From positions 3,520,001-3,584,000 of the forward strand of contig OZ243972.1 of NCBI GenBank assembly GCA_965214705.1: DNA of 64,000 nt, written 5' to 3'. The notes beneath the pieces are model-generated. The model was not told the origin of the DNA. It made no database searches and worked only from the letters and a program-made list of their open reading frames with translations. Origin of the DNA: Alphaproteobacteria bacterium (GTDB taxonomy: Bacteria; Pseudomonadota; Alphaproteobacteria; UBA828). This document shows, piece by piece, positions 1 through 8,495 of the stretch. Position 1 is the stretch's first letter. The number at the start of each line of letters is the position of its first letter. The translations under genes and the position numbers were made by a program.

Positions 1-1
1 C

Positions 2-148
2 TTAGGTCTAGCAAGCCAAACATGCGCGCCAAGTGAGTATACCGCGTATATGAGCAGTGCCACGGAAGCTGCGGAAATCGTTGGAGAGATGACCGGAAAT
101 CCGATCGAGACCGCCAGCATTGAGCCAGGGCTACCGAGCGTTGCATAG
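2..148 (+). CDS. 3' end of an unknown CDS running in from the window edge
   Basis: Frame is open from position 2 to TAG at 146-148 (LGLASQTCAPSEY...EPGLPSVA*), co-oriented with the downstream lipoprotein gene. Confidence 0.4.
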   Translation, partial: LGLASQTCAPSEYTAYMSSATEAAEIVGEMTGNPIETASIEPGLPSVA

Positions 149-263
149 TATCTTTAGTCGATCTGAAGGAAGCTTGGATGTTGCCAAGGAACAGTAGATG
201 GCGAAATATACATGAATGTGATTGAAGCGCCATGTCCTGGATGACTTTGTGGAGACCTGAGAA

Positions 264-1127
264 ATGAGAGGCCTTGCGAGCATTTTCTTGAGCGGTGTTC
301 TGCTGGTGTCATTGAGCGCGTGCGCTGGGTTTCGCGCATTTCCAGAAGCACCATTCGAGTCCACGGGGCAATTGGAATCTACGAGATTCGCTTTCCTTCC
401 GGAGACCTACGAGAAATACTATAGTGCGACGGGTGTCGAAAAAATAAACTTACGAAACGAAATCATAAACGCTCAGATTCGGGCTTATGATATACGGTTT
501 CAGGAATATGAACAGAACTTGTTCGATCTAGGTATCGGGTTGGGTGTGGGAACGGATTGGGCTTCTCTCGCATTGAGTGGTCTTACGGCAACTGTCGGAA
601 ACGCATCTACCAAGGCAGCGTTGGGAGCGGCGAATTCCGGCCTAGTAGGCGCCAAGGGTGCACTGGACAAGCATCTTTTCATGGAAAAGACGTTGCCTGT
701 GATTATGACAGAAATGGCGAATCAGCGCAGCGCAGCGTTGTTGCAAATTCGTGCGGGGCTGAATGAAGAAGACGTGAATAAATATTCATTGGATCAAGCG
801 TTGGGTGATATTCAGAGATACGCACGTGCCGGATCAATCGTGGCGGCCTTGACAGGTATTGCGGCAAACTCAGGAAGCGAGCTAGAAAGCAACAACAATA
901 AGTTGAACCAGCTAACAACATTTTCCTACCTTAGGGATGCCGCAGGAGATAAGCTGCGAAGCTTTTGGAAGCCCGGCGGCGAAGTGAATGCAGAGAATGC
1001 GAATAAAATAAAGTCGGAAATGGAAAACTTGGGTCTGGCAACTGGGGCAGGACGACTAGCTAATTTTGTTAGAGCCGCAGAGTTTGCTGATCTTCGAGTA
1101 GAAGTCGTCAAGAGATTGGGTTTGTAG
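264..1127 (+). CDS. Hypothetical lipoprotein with a Gly/Ala-rich hydrophobic hairpin
   Basis: 287-aa ORF; hydrophobic signal peptide ending in lipobox LSAC; visibly lower GC than core genes. Confidence 0.8.
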   Translation: MRGLASIFLSGVLLVSLSACAGFRAFPEAPFESTGQLESTRFAFLPETYEKYYSATGVEKINLRNEIINAQIRAYDIRFQEYEQNLFDLGIGLGVGTDWASLALSGLTATVGNASTKAALGAANSGLVGAKGALDKHLFMEKTLPVIMTEMANQRSAALLQIRAGLNEEDVNKYSLDQALGDIQRYARAGSIVAALTGIAANSGSELESNNNKLNQLTTFSYLRDAAGDKLRSFWKPGGEVNAENANKIKSEMENLGLATGAGRLANFVRAAEFADLRVEVVKRLGL

Positions 1128-1147
1128 GGAAGGAAGGAGAACCTGCA

Positions 1148-1294
1148 ATGGCGCCAACGTACACGATGGAGGGCATCCCGACCGAAGGGGAGGCTGATGA
1201 AGTCGTGAGCGACTATCAGTCTGATGGTTGTAGTGCCACTAAGGAACAGCAGCCGGACGGAAAGTGGAGGGTGGTTGCGGAGTGTCCTGAATGA
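1148..1294 (+). CDS. 48-aa acidic micro-protein (below the ORF-track cutoff)
   Basis: Strong RBS AAGGAAGGAGA at 1130-1140; MAPTYTMEGIPTEGEADEVVSDYQSDGCSATKEQQPDGKWRVVAECPE*; starts 20 bp after the lipoprotein stop. Confidence 0.7.
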   Translation: MAPTYTMEGIPTEGEADEVVSDYQSDGCSATKEQQPDGKWRVVAECPE

Positions 1295-1748
1295 TGGCGT
1301 ACTGGTTTTACAATTTGGGCAATTGCCTGACAGCTGGAGGTGTCGGTTTGGTGTAGGAAGCGAAGGTGCTGCCGTGGAGTGTGGAACTCAACGGGTAGTG
1401 ATTTCGTCGTCACCCTGTGGGCGCGGCTTCGTGCACCGACGCCAGGCCCTTTTCGTCCGGCGCCAGATACCCGTCGGCCAGAAGTTTGTAGGTCTCCAGC
1501 TCGTCCCTGCGCAGATTCTCCCGGTCGCTTTTGGCGACGGGAAGGCGAAGAGCCCGGAGGTGGCGAGGGAAGTAGACATGGAGCGTGGCAGGGACCGGAA
1601 CGCGGGGCGATCGCCAGAGCCGGATAGGACCCCGGAACCGAAGTCGGCCGAGCGCGAATTGGAGCTGCAACAGAGAGCCGCAATTCCACCGATGCGGGGA
1701 ATCCACCTGAAACATGCCGGAGGCGGACGGTGATGGTGCAAGGCGACG

Positions 1749-4700
1749 CTATCCTGCCCTCCACGGCAGCAGGGCTTCGGAGATCCTCTGCGCGGTAAAG
1801 TTCTTCGCCAGCAGTTTTTCGTTCTCCGATATCGCGCTCTTGAGATGATTCCGCTCGTGTTCGAAGAATCGTTGCTTTGCCGATTCGATGGGCCCGTTGC
1901 TTGCCGTGTATCGGTCGTAATCCTTGAAGAGCCAGGTGCGGATGCGTCGGTCGCTGCAGGCGGTGAACAGGACCCAGGAAGCGTGAGCGGTCTCGGGGGT
2001 ATCCGCTTCCGCAAACTTGCGCAGCCAGTGGGCGGCGAACGCCTCTCTCTGGCCCAAGATCCATGACTGGCGACGGATCTCCTGGTACCCGCCAATGGGC
2101 TCGCTGCTTGGCCAGGCTTCATTGCCCGCGATGTCTGGACGGGTGAGCAGGGGCCGCAGGAACGCCGCACGACGCCTGTGGGCCGGATAGTGCGAGAGCT
2201 CGTCTCGGGACACCATCCGTTCCAGCCAGTCGACCCGGCCTGAACGGCGCGCCGCGACGAGGATGTCCCACAGGTCGTCATCGGTGGGGGATTCGTCGGG
2301 CGAGTAGAGGTCGGCGAGGACTGCATCCACTGGGGAACATGGCGGTGCAGCAAACGGGGCGTATTTCAGCCTGTCGACTCCTGTCCCGTCGATGAACCGG
2401 GTGGCCAAGGATGGTCGCAAGATACGCCAAAGAGGAATGCCGCGGGATGGGTCGCGTTTCAGGACCGCCTCGCACAAGCCGACGAAAAAGCCTTCCGCCA
2501 GCCGGACCCTTCTGCGGAATTCGGCGGAAGGCGGGTCCATGCCTTCAAGCCATCGCTCAAGCGCTTCCGGATAGAGATCGAGAATGAGGTCGAAGTCTTC
2601 CGGCTCGAAGTGAGCATGGAGAAGCTGTGCGCCGCTCCGCCGAGCCTGCCTGACTGCATCAATGTACGACCGAATAATCTCTTGTCGGCGCTCCGCGTAT
2701 TGCTCCGGACGACTGGCGCGTTCGAAGAACGAGAGGATATCGTCGCGGTTGCCGCGATCTTCGACGATGTCGCCGATCGTGAAGTTGTAGTTGCCGGTGG
2801 CGGCCGCCTCGTAGTCGTGAAAGATGTCGAGGCCCGATTCGGGGGCGTCTTCGCGGTACTGGAAGAGCGCGGCCGAGAGCAAATCGCCGGCGAGCTTTGC
2901 TTCTTTTCGTGACCGCTCGTCCTGCGCCAGGGCTTCAAGCAGCTGGGAGGGCGCGAGCTGCGCCGCGAAGTCCGAAAAACTGGAACCACGGTTCGAGGCG
3001 GCGATGGCCTTCGAACCCATGATGTTCTCCATGTCCGGCTTGGAGGACGACCATGACCAGCTCGCTCGGTCGAGGAGATGTCCCAAGCGTTCGGGAGCGT
3101 TGGAGCCAAGCAGCCACCATGCCGCTCCGCAAGCGCCGTCGGCATCGTCGGAGAAAAGGAGCTCGGAGAAGGCGTCGAACGAGCGTTGACTGAGGTCCAG
3201 GTCGTGCTCGGCGAGAACGGTTGCCAATCGGCGCAACATCCGGTCGTCCCCGTGGGTGGAATCGACCAGATGATCGAGTTCGCTGGCGGACGGGGAATCG
3301 CAGGCGCGTCCGAGCTCCAGGACCAAGACCTCCAGATCGGAATTCAAGATTCTCGTTACCTGATCCGTGGGGGACAAGGGCTGCATTTCAGCGATAAGCA
3401 GGTTGGTCTGGATCGCGCGATCGTCCTGGTCCGGCTCGCCGCTCACGCGCTCTCTCAAAGCTTGTAGAGCTTTGCCTTCGTCGCCCCCCACGAGGAGCAT
3501 GGATTGCGGTGCGACGAGTGCGGAACCGAAACGCTCATCAGCGGAGCGGTCCGCGAATTGCTGCAGGCGCGTGCGTTCGCAGTCGGCGAGGCGGCTTGGA
3601 GCGCATCGTGCAAGAGCGAGAGACAGGCGTTCCCACCGGAGATCTTCGGACGTCCGGCCACGGCCGGTTGCTGTCCGACTGAAGTCGAAGCTCTCGGAAA
3701 TCGACGCCAGCTCGTCGACGAAGGCTTGGGGAACGTCAAAACTCGGGTCGAGCAACGCATCCTTTGCTCTGTCGATCCGGCCAAACATGGCAAGTGTCTT
3801 GTCGCAAAGCACCATCGCGGCGTGCCTTCGTTCGAGGCGGAAGAAAGACCGGGATGGATCAGGGATGTAGTCGGTCTCGTACTGATGGTAGTGATCGATC
3901 TTCGGGTCCGTCCTCCAGGCCTCCTCTGCATCTTCGGAGTAGCCGGTTCGCCACAGCAGCAAGGAGGCGATCCGAGCGTTGAGGCCGCGATGATGGCCGG
4001 CTTGGGGGGTAAGTGATCGTATCGTTTGCGACGCGGATCGCAGCGTGGCGGCGGTCTGTTGAGGGTCGACGCTATTGAGAATGTTGAGCCAGGACAGGGG
4101 CTCCTGTGGAACGCCTCCGCCAACAACAGCAGAGTGAATTGCGCCGCGAACGAAAAACTCGATGGCGGACTCGAGTGGGCGGCCCTGCAAGAGCTGCGCG
4201 GCAGCGACGATCAAGTCGTCGTCGGTTCGCTCGACGATCTCGAACTCGCGGTCGGCGATGGTGACGGGACCGGATTCCGCTGTGCCAATGCGCTCCTTGA
4301 GCCGTCTGCATCGTTGTGCATGGAAGGAGTCCTCGCCTCGATCGGACCTATCTCCCCGGATTTCGAGAGAGATGTAGCTCTGCCATCTGGATCCGCGTTC
4401 GGCGATGGTGGCTGCAACGCGGGAATCGGTCGGGTCGACGGTGGCGACGGCAGCGATAGCAATCTGCCTTGGCGTCGTGAGGGAATGCCCGGTGGAGGCT
4501 TCGATGACATCGAGCATCGGCGTCACTAGCTCGGGTGCCAGAATCTCCACGTCGCCCAGATGTGTCTCAGGGAGGTTCTGAGAATGAAGCCAACGGGTAC
4601 ATAGAGTGCCGAGCCACGCCGGTAATTCGACGTCGTGTCGCAGAAGGGCGATGCTCACTGCGGCACGGAGAATCTCGGCACGGTCGTCATAGCCCGCTAT

Positions 4701-6431
4701 GGGGTCGAGAAACTGGTCAAGGGTTGTTGTTGGTTGTTCGCCCGAATCGGCCTTTTCCAATTTGGAAACGAGGGCGAGACCTAGGGCGTGAGATACGAAA
4801 TCGGGGTCGAAATGCGGATCACCGTCTCGGTCCAGGGTGGTGAATATGCCGTCGATCACGCCTGAAACGCGATGGTAGAGCTGATCCGGCGACCGCGTGG
4901 TCGACGCGGTCAGGGTCTCGATACGTCGACGCGTCGAGAGATGGACGCCGTTTCTGTAGTCTGTTGCCAGTTCCAACAGGAACTGCCGCCATTCCTGCTC
5001 GCTGAATGCGCCCACCGATGAATCCTGAATTGCGGACGCGCCGTATGCCCAAAGAAGGCGGTGGACGGTGATATCTGCAACGCTGCCCAGGTCGGACCTC
5101 AGACGGACAATGAGATCGAACATGCGCGGAACCGCGGCGTGGCGGATGAGGTGATCGGACAAGTCGTCACGGGAAAGTGCGGCGAGCGCCAGTTTGCGGT
5201 CGAATTCGCCGCCGGGAGCCAGGTCGTAGCTCCCGATGTCGATCCGATAGGGGGAAGCGATTAGGCGCCGTAGCCCGTGGAGGCGTTCCTCGAAGAAGGT
5301 CGTGCGTGTGGAAATGAGCGTTCGGGTACGTTGATGGAAAGGAGCGTCTTCCAACTGTTCAAGAGGACCGGTCCAGTCGCGAGAAGGTTGCTGGTTCAGC
5401 CCGTCGAAAAACAAGAAGAAGACGGAACCTTCGTCGGCTGGTCGGGAGAGAAGGCGCGCGACCCGCTCCTCCCAATACGAAACATCGCGCACGCCCGATA
5501 CTTCGTGCAGGTAGCGGGCAATGAAATTCACCGGATTGCCTTCCTCGGGATGGGCGCTGCCGAGGGCTGAGGACGGAGCGAGCACGACGATCGGCAAACG
5601 GTCCAGCCGAGATTGGAGCCAATCAAGTGCGGCCCAGGTCTTGCCGACGCCATCGCGGCCGAGCAATGCAGCGATTTCACCCCCGTCGGAGCTATCGAAC
5701 CAGTCGTCCAGGCGATCAAACGAGTGTGAGCGGCGCACGTGTTGCGCGGCTTCTTCGCCACCGGCCACGTTCTGGTGGAACTTCGCCTGCGCTCTTTGGC
5801 GCGAACTCCAGATGTCGCGGACACGTCTGTGACTGGCATCGCGAACCGCGTCGTAGCCGATCAACCAGCTTCGGCACTCTCTCTCGATGGCCTCCAGCGT
5901 GGGAGCGTAGCCGGGCAACTCGGCGATCTGCTCGAGCAGGGCTCTGTGTCGCTGGCCGAACTCGTCACCGAAATGGTCGGGGCAGGTCGCGGCGAGGACG
6001 GCGAGTTTGGGTAGCGGACACCGCAACCAATCGATTGAGATGGCGCCGATGCCGAGCTCAAGGGCCGTGTCGTCCATGGCGTCCTGGAGCTGCTGCGGGA
6101 CTTCAAGGGTTGTAACGAGAATCCAGGCTTCGAGATCGGGGTGGCGTCTGGCGGCCTGGGTGATTTCGCCGAGGATGGCACGTTCATCCAGCCTCGTGTC
6201 AGGACCGTAGCGGCGGGCTTCGAATACAAGACTTCGTCCGCTGGTGGCCGAGGCGCCCCCATCTCCCCCTCCCTGATCACCGGAGCGGGCATGCCGGAAT
6301 GAAGCACTTAGCAATGACCCGAGAGCAAACTGTGCGAGGCGTTCCAGAGCGCGCGGGGGTGCGTGCGAAATGATCGAGCGAAATTCGTCGCACGGGTCAC
6401 GAAGTCCGGTGTTCTCGCTCGCAATGGTCAT
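1749..6431 (-). CDS. STAND/NACHT-like NTPase with N-terminal Mrr-like restriction-endonuclease domain (Avs/AVAST-like candidate antiphage protein)
   Basis: 1560 aa; N-terminal ARSGDQGGGDG...VFEARRY motif; Walker A GRDGVGKT; Walker B FLFFDGLNQ; LISTR motif; long helical C-terminal region. Confidence 0.8.
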   Translation of the reverse strand: MTIASENTGLRDPCDEFRSIISHAPPRALERLAQFALGSLLSASFRHARSGDQGGGDGGASATSGRSLVFEARRYGPDTRLDERAILGEITQAARRHPDLEAWILVTTLEVPQQLQDAMDDTALELGIGAISIDWLRCPLPKLAVLAATCPDHFGDEFGQRHRALLEQIAELPGYAPTLEAIERECRSWLIGYDAVRDASHRRVRDIWSSRQRAQAKFHQNVAGGEEAAQHVRRSHSFDRLDDWFDSSDGGEIAALLGRDGVGKTWAALDWLQSRLDRLPIVVLAPSSALGSAHPEEGNPVNFIARYLHEVSGVRDVSYWEERVARLLSRPADEGSVFFLFFDGLNQQPSRDWTGPLEQLEDAPFHQRTRTLISTRTTFFEERLHGLRRLIASPYRIDIGSYDLAPGGEFDRKLALAALSRDDLSDHLIRHAAVPRMFDLIVRLRSDLGSVADITVHRLLWAYGASAIQDSSVGAFSEQEWRQFLLELATDYRNGVHLSTRRRIETLTASTTRSPDQLYHRVSGVIDGIFTTLDRDGDPHFDPDFVSHALGLALVSKLEKADSGEQPTTTLDQFLDPIAGYDDRAEILRAAVSIALLRHDVELPAWLGTLCTRWLHSQNLPETHLGDVEILAPELVTPMLDVIEASTGHSLTTPRQIAIAAVATVDPTDSRVAATIAERGSRWQSYISLEIRGDRSDRGEDSFHAQRCRRLKERIGTAESGPVTIADREFEIVERTDDDLIVAAAQLLQGRPLESAIEFFVRGAIHSAVVGGGVPQEPLSWLNILNSVDPQQTAATLRSASQTIRSLTPQAGHHRGLNARIASLLLWRTGYSEDAEEAWRTDPKIDHYHQYETDYIPDPSRSFFRLERRHAAMVLCDKTLAMFGRIDRAKDALLDPSFDVPQAFVDELASISESFDFSRTATGRGRTSEDLRWERLSLALARCAPSRLADCERTRLQQFADRSADERFGSALVAPQSMLLVGGDEGKALQALRERVSGEPDQDDRAIQTNLLIAEMQPLSPTDQVTRILNSDLEVLVLELGRACDSPSASELDHLVDSTHGDDRMLRRLATVLAEHDLDLSQRSFDAFSELLFSDDADGACGAAWWLLGSNAPERLGHLLDRASWSWSSSKPDMENIMGSKAIAASNRGSSFSDFAAQLAPSQLLEALAQDERSRKEAKLAGDLLSAALFQYREDAPESGLDIFHDYEAAATGNYNFTIGDIVEDRGNRDDILSFFERASRPEQYAERRQEIIRSYIDAVRQARRSGAQLLHAHFEPEDFDLILDLYPEALERWLEGMDPPSAEFRRRVRLAEGFFVGLCEAVLKRDPSRGIPLWRILRPSLATRFIDGTGVDRLKYAPFAAPPCSPVDAVLADLYSPDESPTDDDLWDILVAARRSGRVDWLERMVSRDELSHYPAHRRRAAFLRPLLTRPDIAGNEAWPSSEPIGGYQEIRRQSWILGQREAFAAHWLRKFAEADTPETAHASWVLFTACSDRRIRTWLFKDYDRYTASNGPIESAKQRFFEHERNHLKSAISENEKLLAKNFTAQRISEALLPWRAG

Positions 6432-6444
6432 CGGCGATTGGCGG

Positions 6445-6783
6445 TTAGCTCGAGGATGTGTGGAGTGTGGAGTGTCCGAGTAGTCGCGAAGGGCAGACGA
6501 GAGTCAAGTGTCGCAGGAAGCGGGAGACGAGGGCGACGGCGATGCCGGCGATCACGGCGAGCGGGAACAGATCTATCAGCCTGCGCACCGCTCCGCGGCG
6601 GGTGAACGGCACGAAGGCCGTCACCGGATCGAACCGCCTGATTTTGGGGTCGCCAGCTAGCTTGCACAGGACCTGGTAGCGGTAGCTGACGAGGGCGAAA
6701 ACCGCGATCCCGCCGAAGAACGCTACATCGGTCGCATGGCCGTTCGCGACGGCATGGGCCACCGCCATCAGCGTCACACCCAT
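6445..6783 (-). pseudogene. C-terminal fragment of an NnrU-family membrane protein
   Basis: MGVTLMAVAHAVANG...FFGGIAVFAL...TAFVPF resembles the NnrU C-terminal half; N-terminus absent. Confidence 0.5.
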
Positions 6784-6845
6784 GAACCCGCCGGACCGCC
6801 CGGCGCCCTTACGCGCGACGCGTATGGCTGACCGGACGGCGCCGG

Positions 6846-7154
6846 TCAGCCCGCGACGTGCAGGTCGTTGCCGGCGTCGAGGGTCGGTAGCCGGGCGATC
6901 GCCGCGCCGTTCTCCCGCTCCGCGCACCGCAGCTCGTAGAGCTTCTGGAGGTTGAGCCAGAACTCGCCCGAGGTCCCGAAGAAGTGCCCCAGGCGCAACG
7001 CCGTGTCGCCGGTGACCGAGCGCCGGCCGTTGAGAATCTCGGTGATGCGGTTCACCGGCACCTCGATGCGCCGCGCAAGCTCCGCTGCGCTCATCCCCAG
7101 CGCGTCGAGGTCCTCGCGCAGCGTCTCGCCCGGATGAATTGGCTCGCGCATCAT
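6846..7154 (-). CDS. higA: HigA-family antitoxin (HTH)
   Basis: PIHPGETLREDL...SAAELAR...NRITEILNGRRSVTGDTALRLGHFFGTSGEFWLNLQ. Confidence 0.93.
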   Translation of the reverse strand: MMREPIHPGETLREDLDALGMSAAELARRIEVPVNRITEILNGRRSVTGDTALRLGHFFGTSGEFWLNLQKLYELRCAERENGAAIARLPTLDAGNDLHVAG

Positions 7155-7164
7155 GTGCCTCCTC

Positions 7165-7434
7165 TCAATGGTAGTCGACGAACTCCACCCCGGTCGGGCC
7201 GGGGCTGCCCTCGGGCCATTCGAAGCAGATCCGCCTCTGGTCGTTGATGCGGATGCTCCACTGCCCCTTGCGCGCTTCGAGACGGTTGCCGGGGCGCGCC
7301 AAGTCCCCGAGTGCCGTGGCCGCGTCGAGCTGGTCGAGCTTGCGCGAGGCGGTCCGCGCGAAACCGGAAAAGGCCGCGACCCGGCGCCCGCGATAGAACG
7401 CATCGGTCCTCCTGTACCTGAAGCCGACGATCAC
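7165..7434 (-). CDS. higB: HigB/RelE-family toxin, possibly degenerate
   Basis: GTG start; GNRLEA..KGQWSIRINDQRRICFEW...VEFVDYH; lies upstream of higA. Confidence 0.85.
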   Translation of the reverse strand: MIVGFRYRRTDAFYRGRRVAAFSGFARTASRKLDQLDAATALGDLARPGNRLEARKGQWSIRINDQRRICFEWPEGSPGPTGVEFVDYH

Positions 7435-8151
7435 GACGCATCCGATCCCCTGACGGCCACGCGGTTTCCACCGTAGCGATCCTATCCGCATTACGTCAAG
7501 CATAACGCACGATGTCGGCGCCGCACCGCGGTCTCCCGACGGATCGCAACGGCCTGACAGTTCTCTCGATCCTCCGGGCATCTCGACGGTATGTCGTTTG
7601 CTCCGCTTCCGCTGGCGCCCGAGGATTGAACCCGGACCGCGTGATCAATTCGAGTGCGGCATTCTTCAATGCCGGGACCGGGGCCGGCGTCGCGTGGCGC
7701 CGAAACACCATTTCGGCGCGCGCGCCGTGCCCGCCACCGTGAATTCGCTTGCCAGCCGCGGCGGGCACCCGGCGAGCGGGGTGTCGGCGGAGGTGAGCGG
7801 GCGCGGGCTGCTGGCCCACGAATCGCGGGGCTTCCGCGACCGGGCCTCTCGGACTCGTTCGCCTGGGAGCCCGGGCGGGAGGCCGTCGCTGACGCTCACC
7901 CAGACGGTGTCTGACGCGCCGGATTTCCGGATGTCCTCGACGACTACGATATCGTGCTGACGGCGCCGCCGGGGTAGCGGAGAAGTGCGACGAAATTGGC
8001 GATAGCTGGAATCGCGCGACTCCGGAGAATCGTGGGGATAGCGCGAGAGGCGCGGCATGCGCCGCCTACAATACGATCGAATCCGGTAACTATACGGTTA
8101 CGGATTTCTTGAGAGAAAAATAAACTCAAGGAATACGGTGGGTTAAGAGGG

Positions 8152-8495
8152 TATGACGCACAAGAGTGGCGCAGGTCGTGCAGGCGTACGTCTTCGATCC
8201 GGGCCTCCTGGCGCACCTTGCGCTAGAGCGGCAAGTCGCGCGAGAGCGGCCGCTCGGGATCCGTCGGTGCAGGGAAGACGTAAGCGCTCCCCGATCGCGG
8301 CTGCCGCTCCAGGATGGCGCGGGCCGGCGCGTTGAGGAAGACCCGCCTCGGTCCCGTCTTGGCATTGTCGAGGTTGATGGTGTTCCCATCCACGTCCTGC
8401 CAGCGCAGGATCAAGATTTTGCTCTTTCGGCAGCCGGTCAGCAGCAGAAGACGGATGACGTCCGCTTGCCTCGCGCACGACGGCCGTTCGCTAAC
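8152..8495 (-). pseudogene. Tyrosine integrase, catalytic-domain fragment
   Basis: LLLLTGCRKSKI and RLHDLRHSCAS motifs; internal TAG at 8223-8225; truncated before the catalytic Tyr. Confidence 0.88.

Noticed and set aside
1227-1238. GTTGTAGTGCCA identical to the IS1634 left-end motif at 8621-8632
   Set aside because: Lies inside the micro-protein coding sequence with no IS end nearby; probably coincidental.
1300-1748. Overlapping ORFs between the micro-protein and the STAND gene
   Set aside because: No consistent frame or motif; possibly a gene remnant, but I cannot support a call.
7666-8058. TnpB-like remnant suggested by HDIVVVEDI
   Set aside because: No other RuvC motifs or zinc finger; likely chance.
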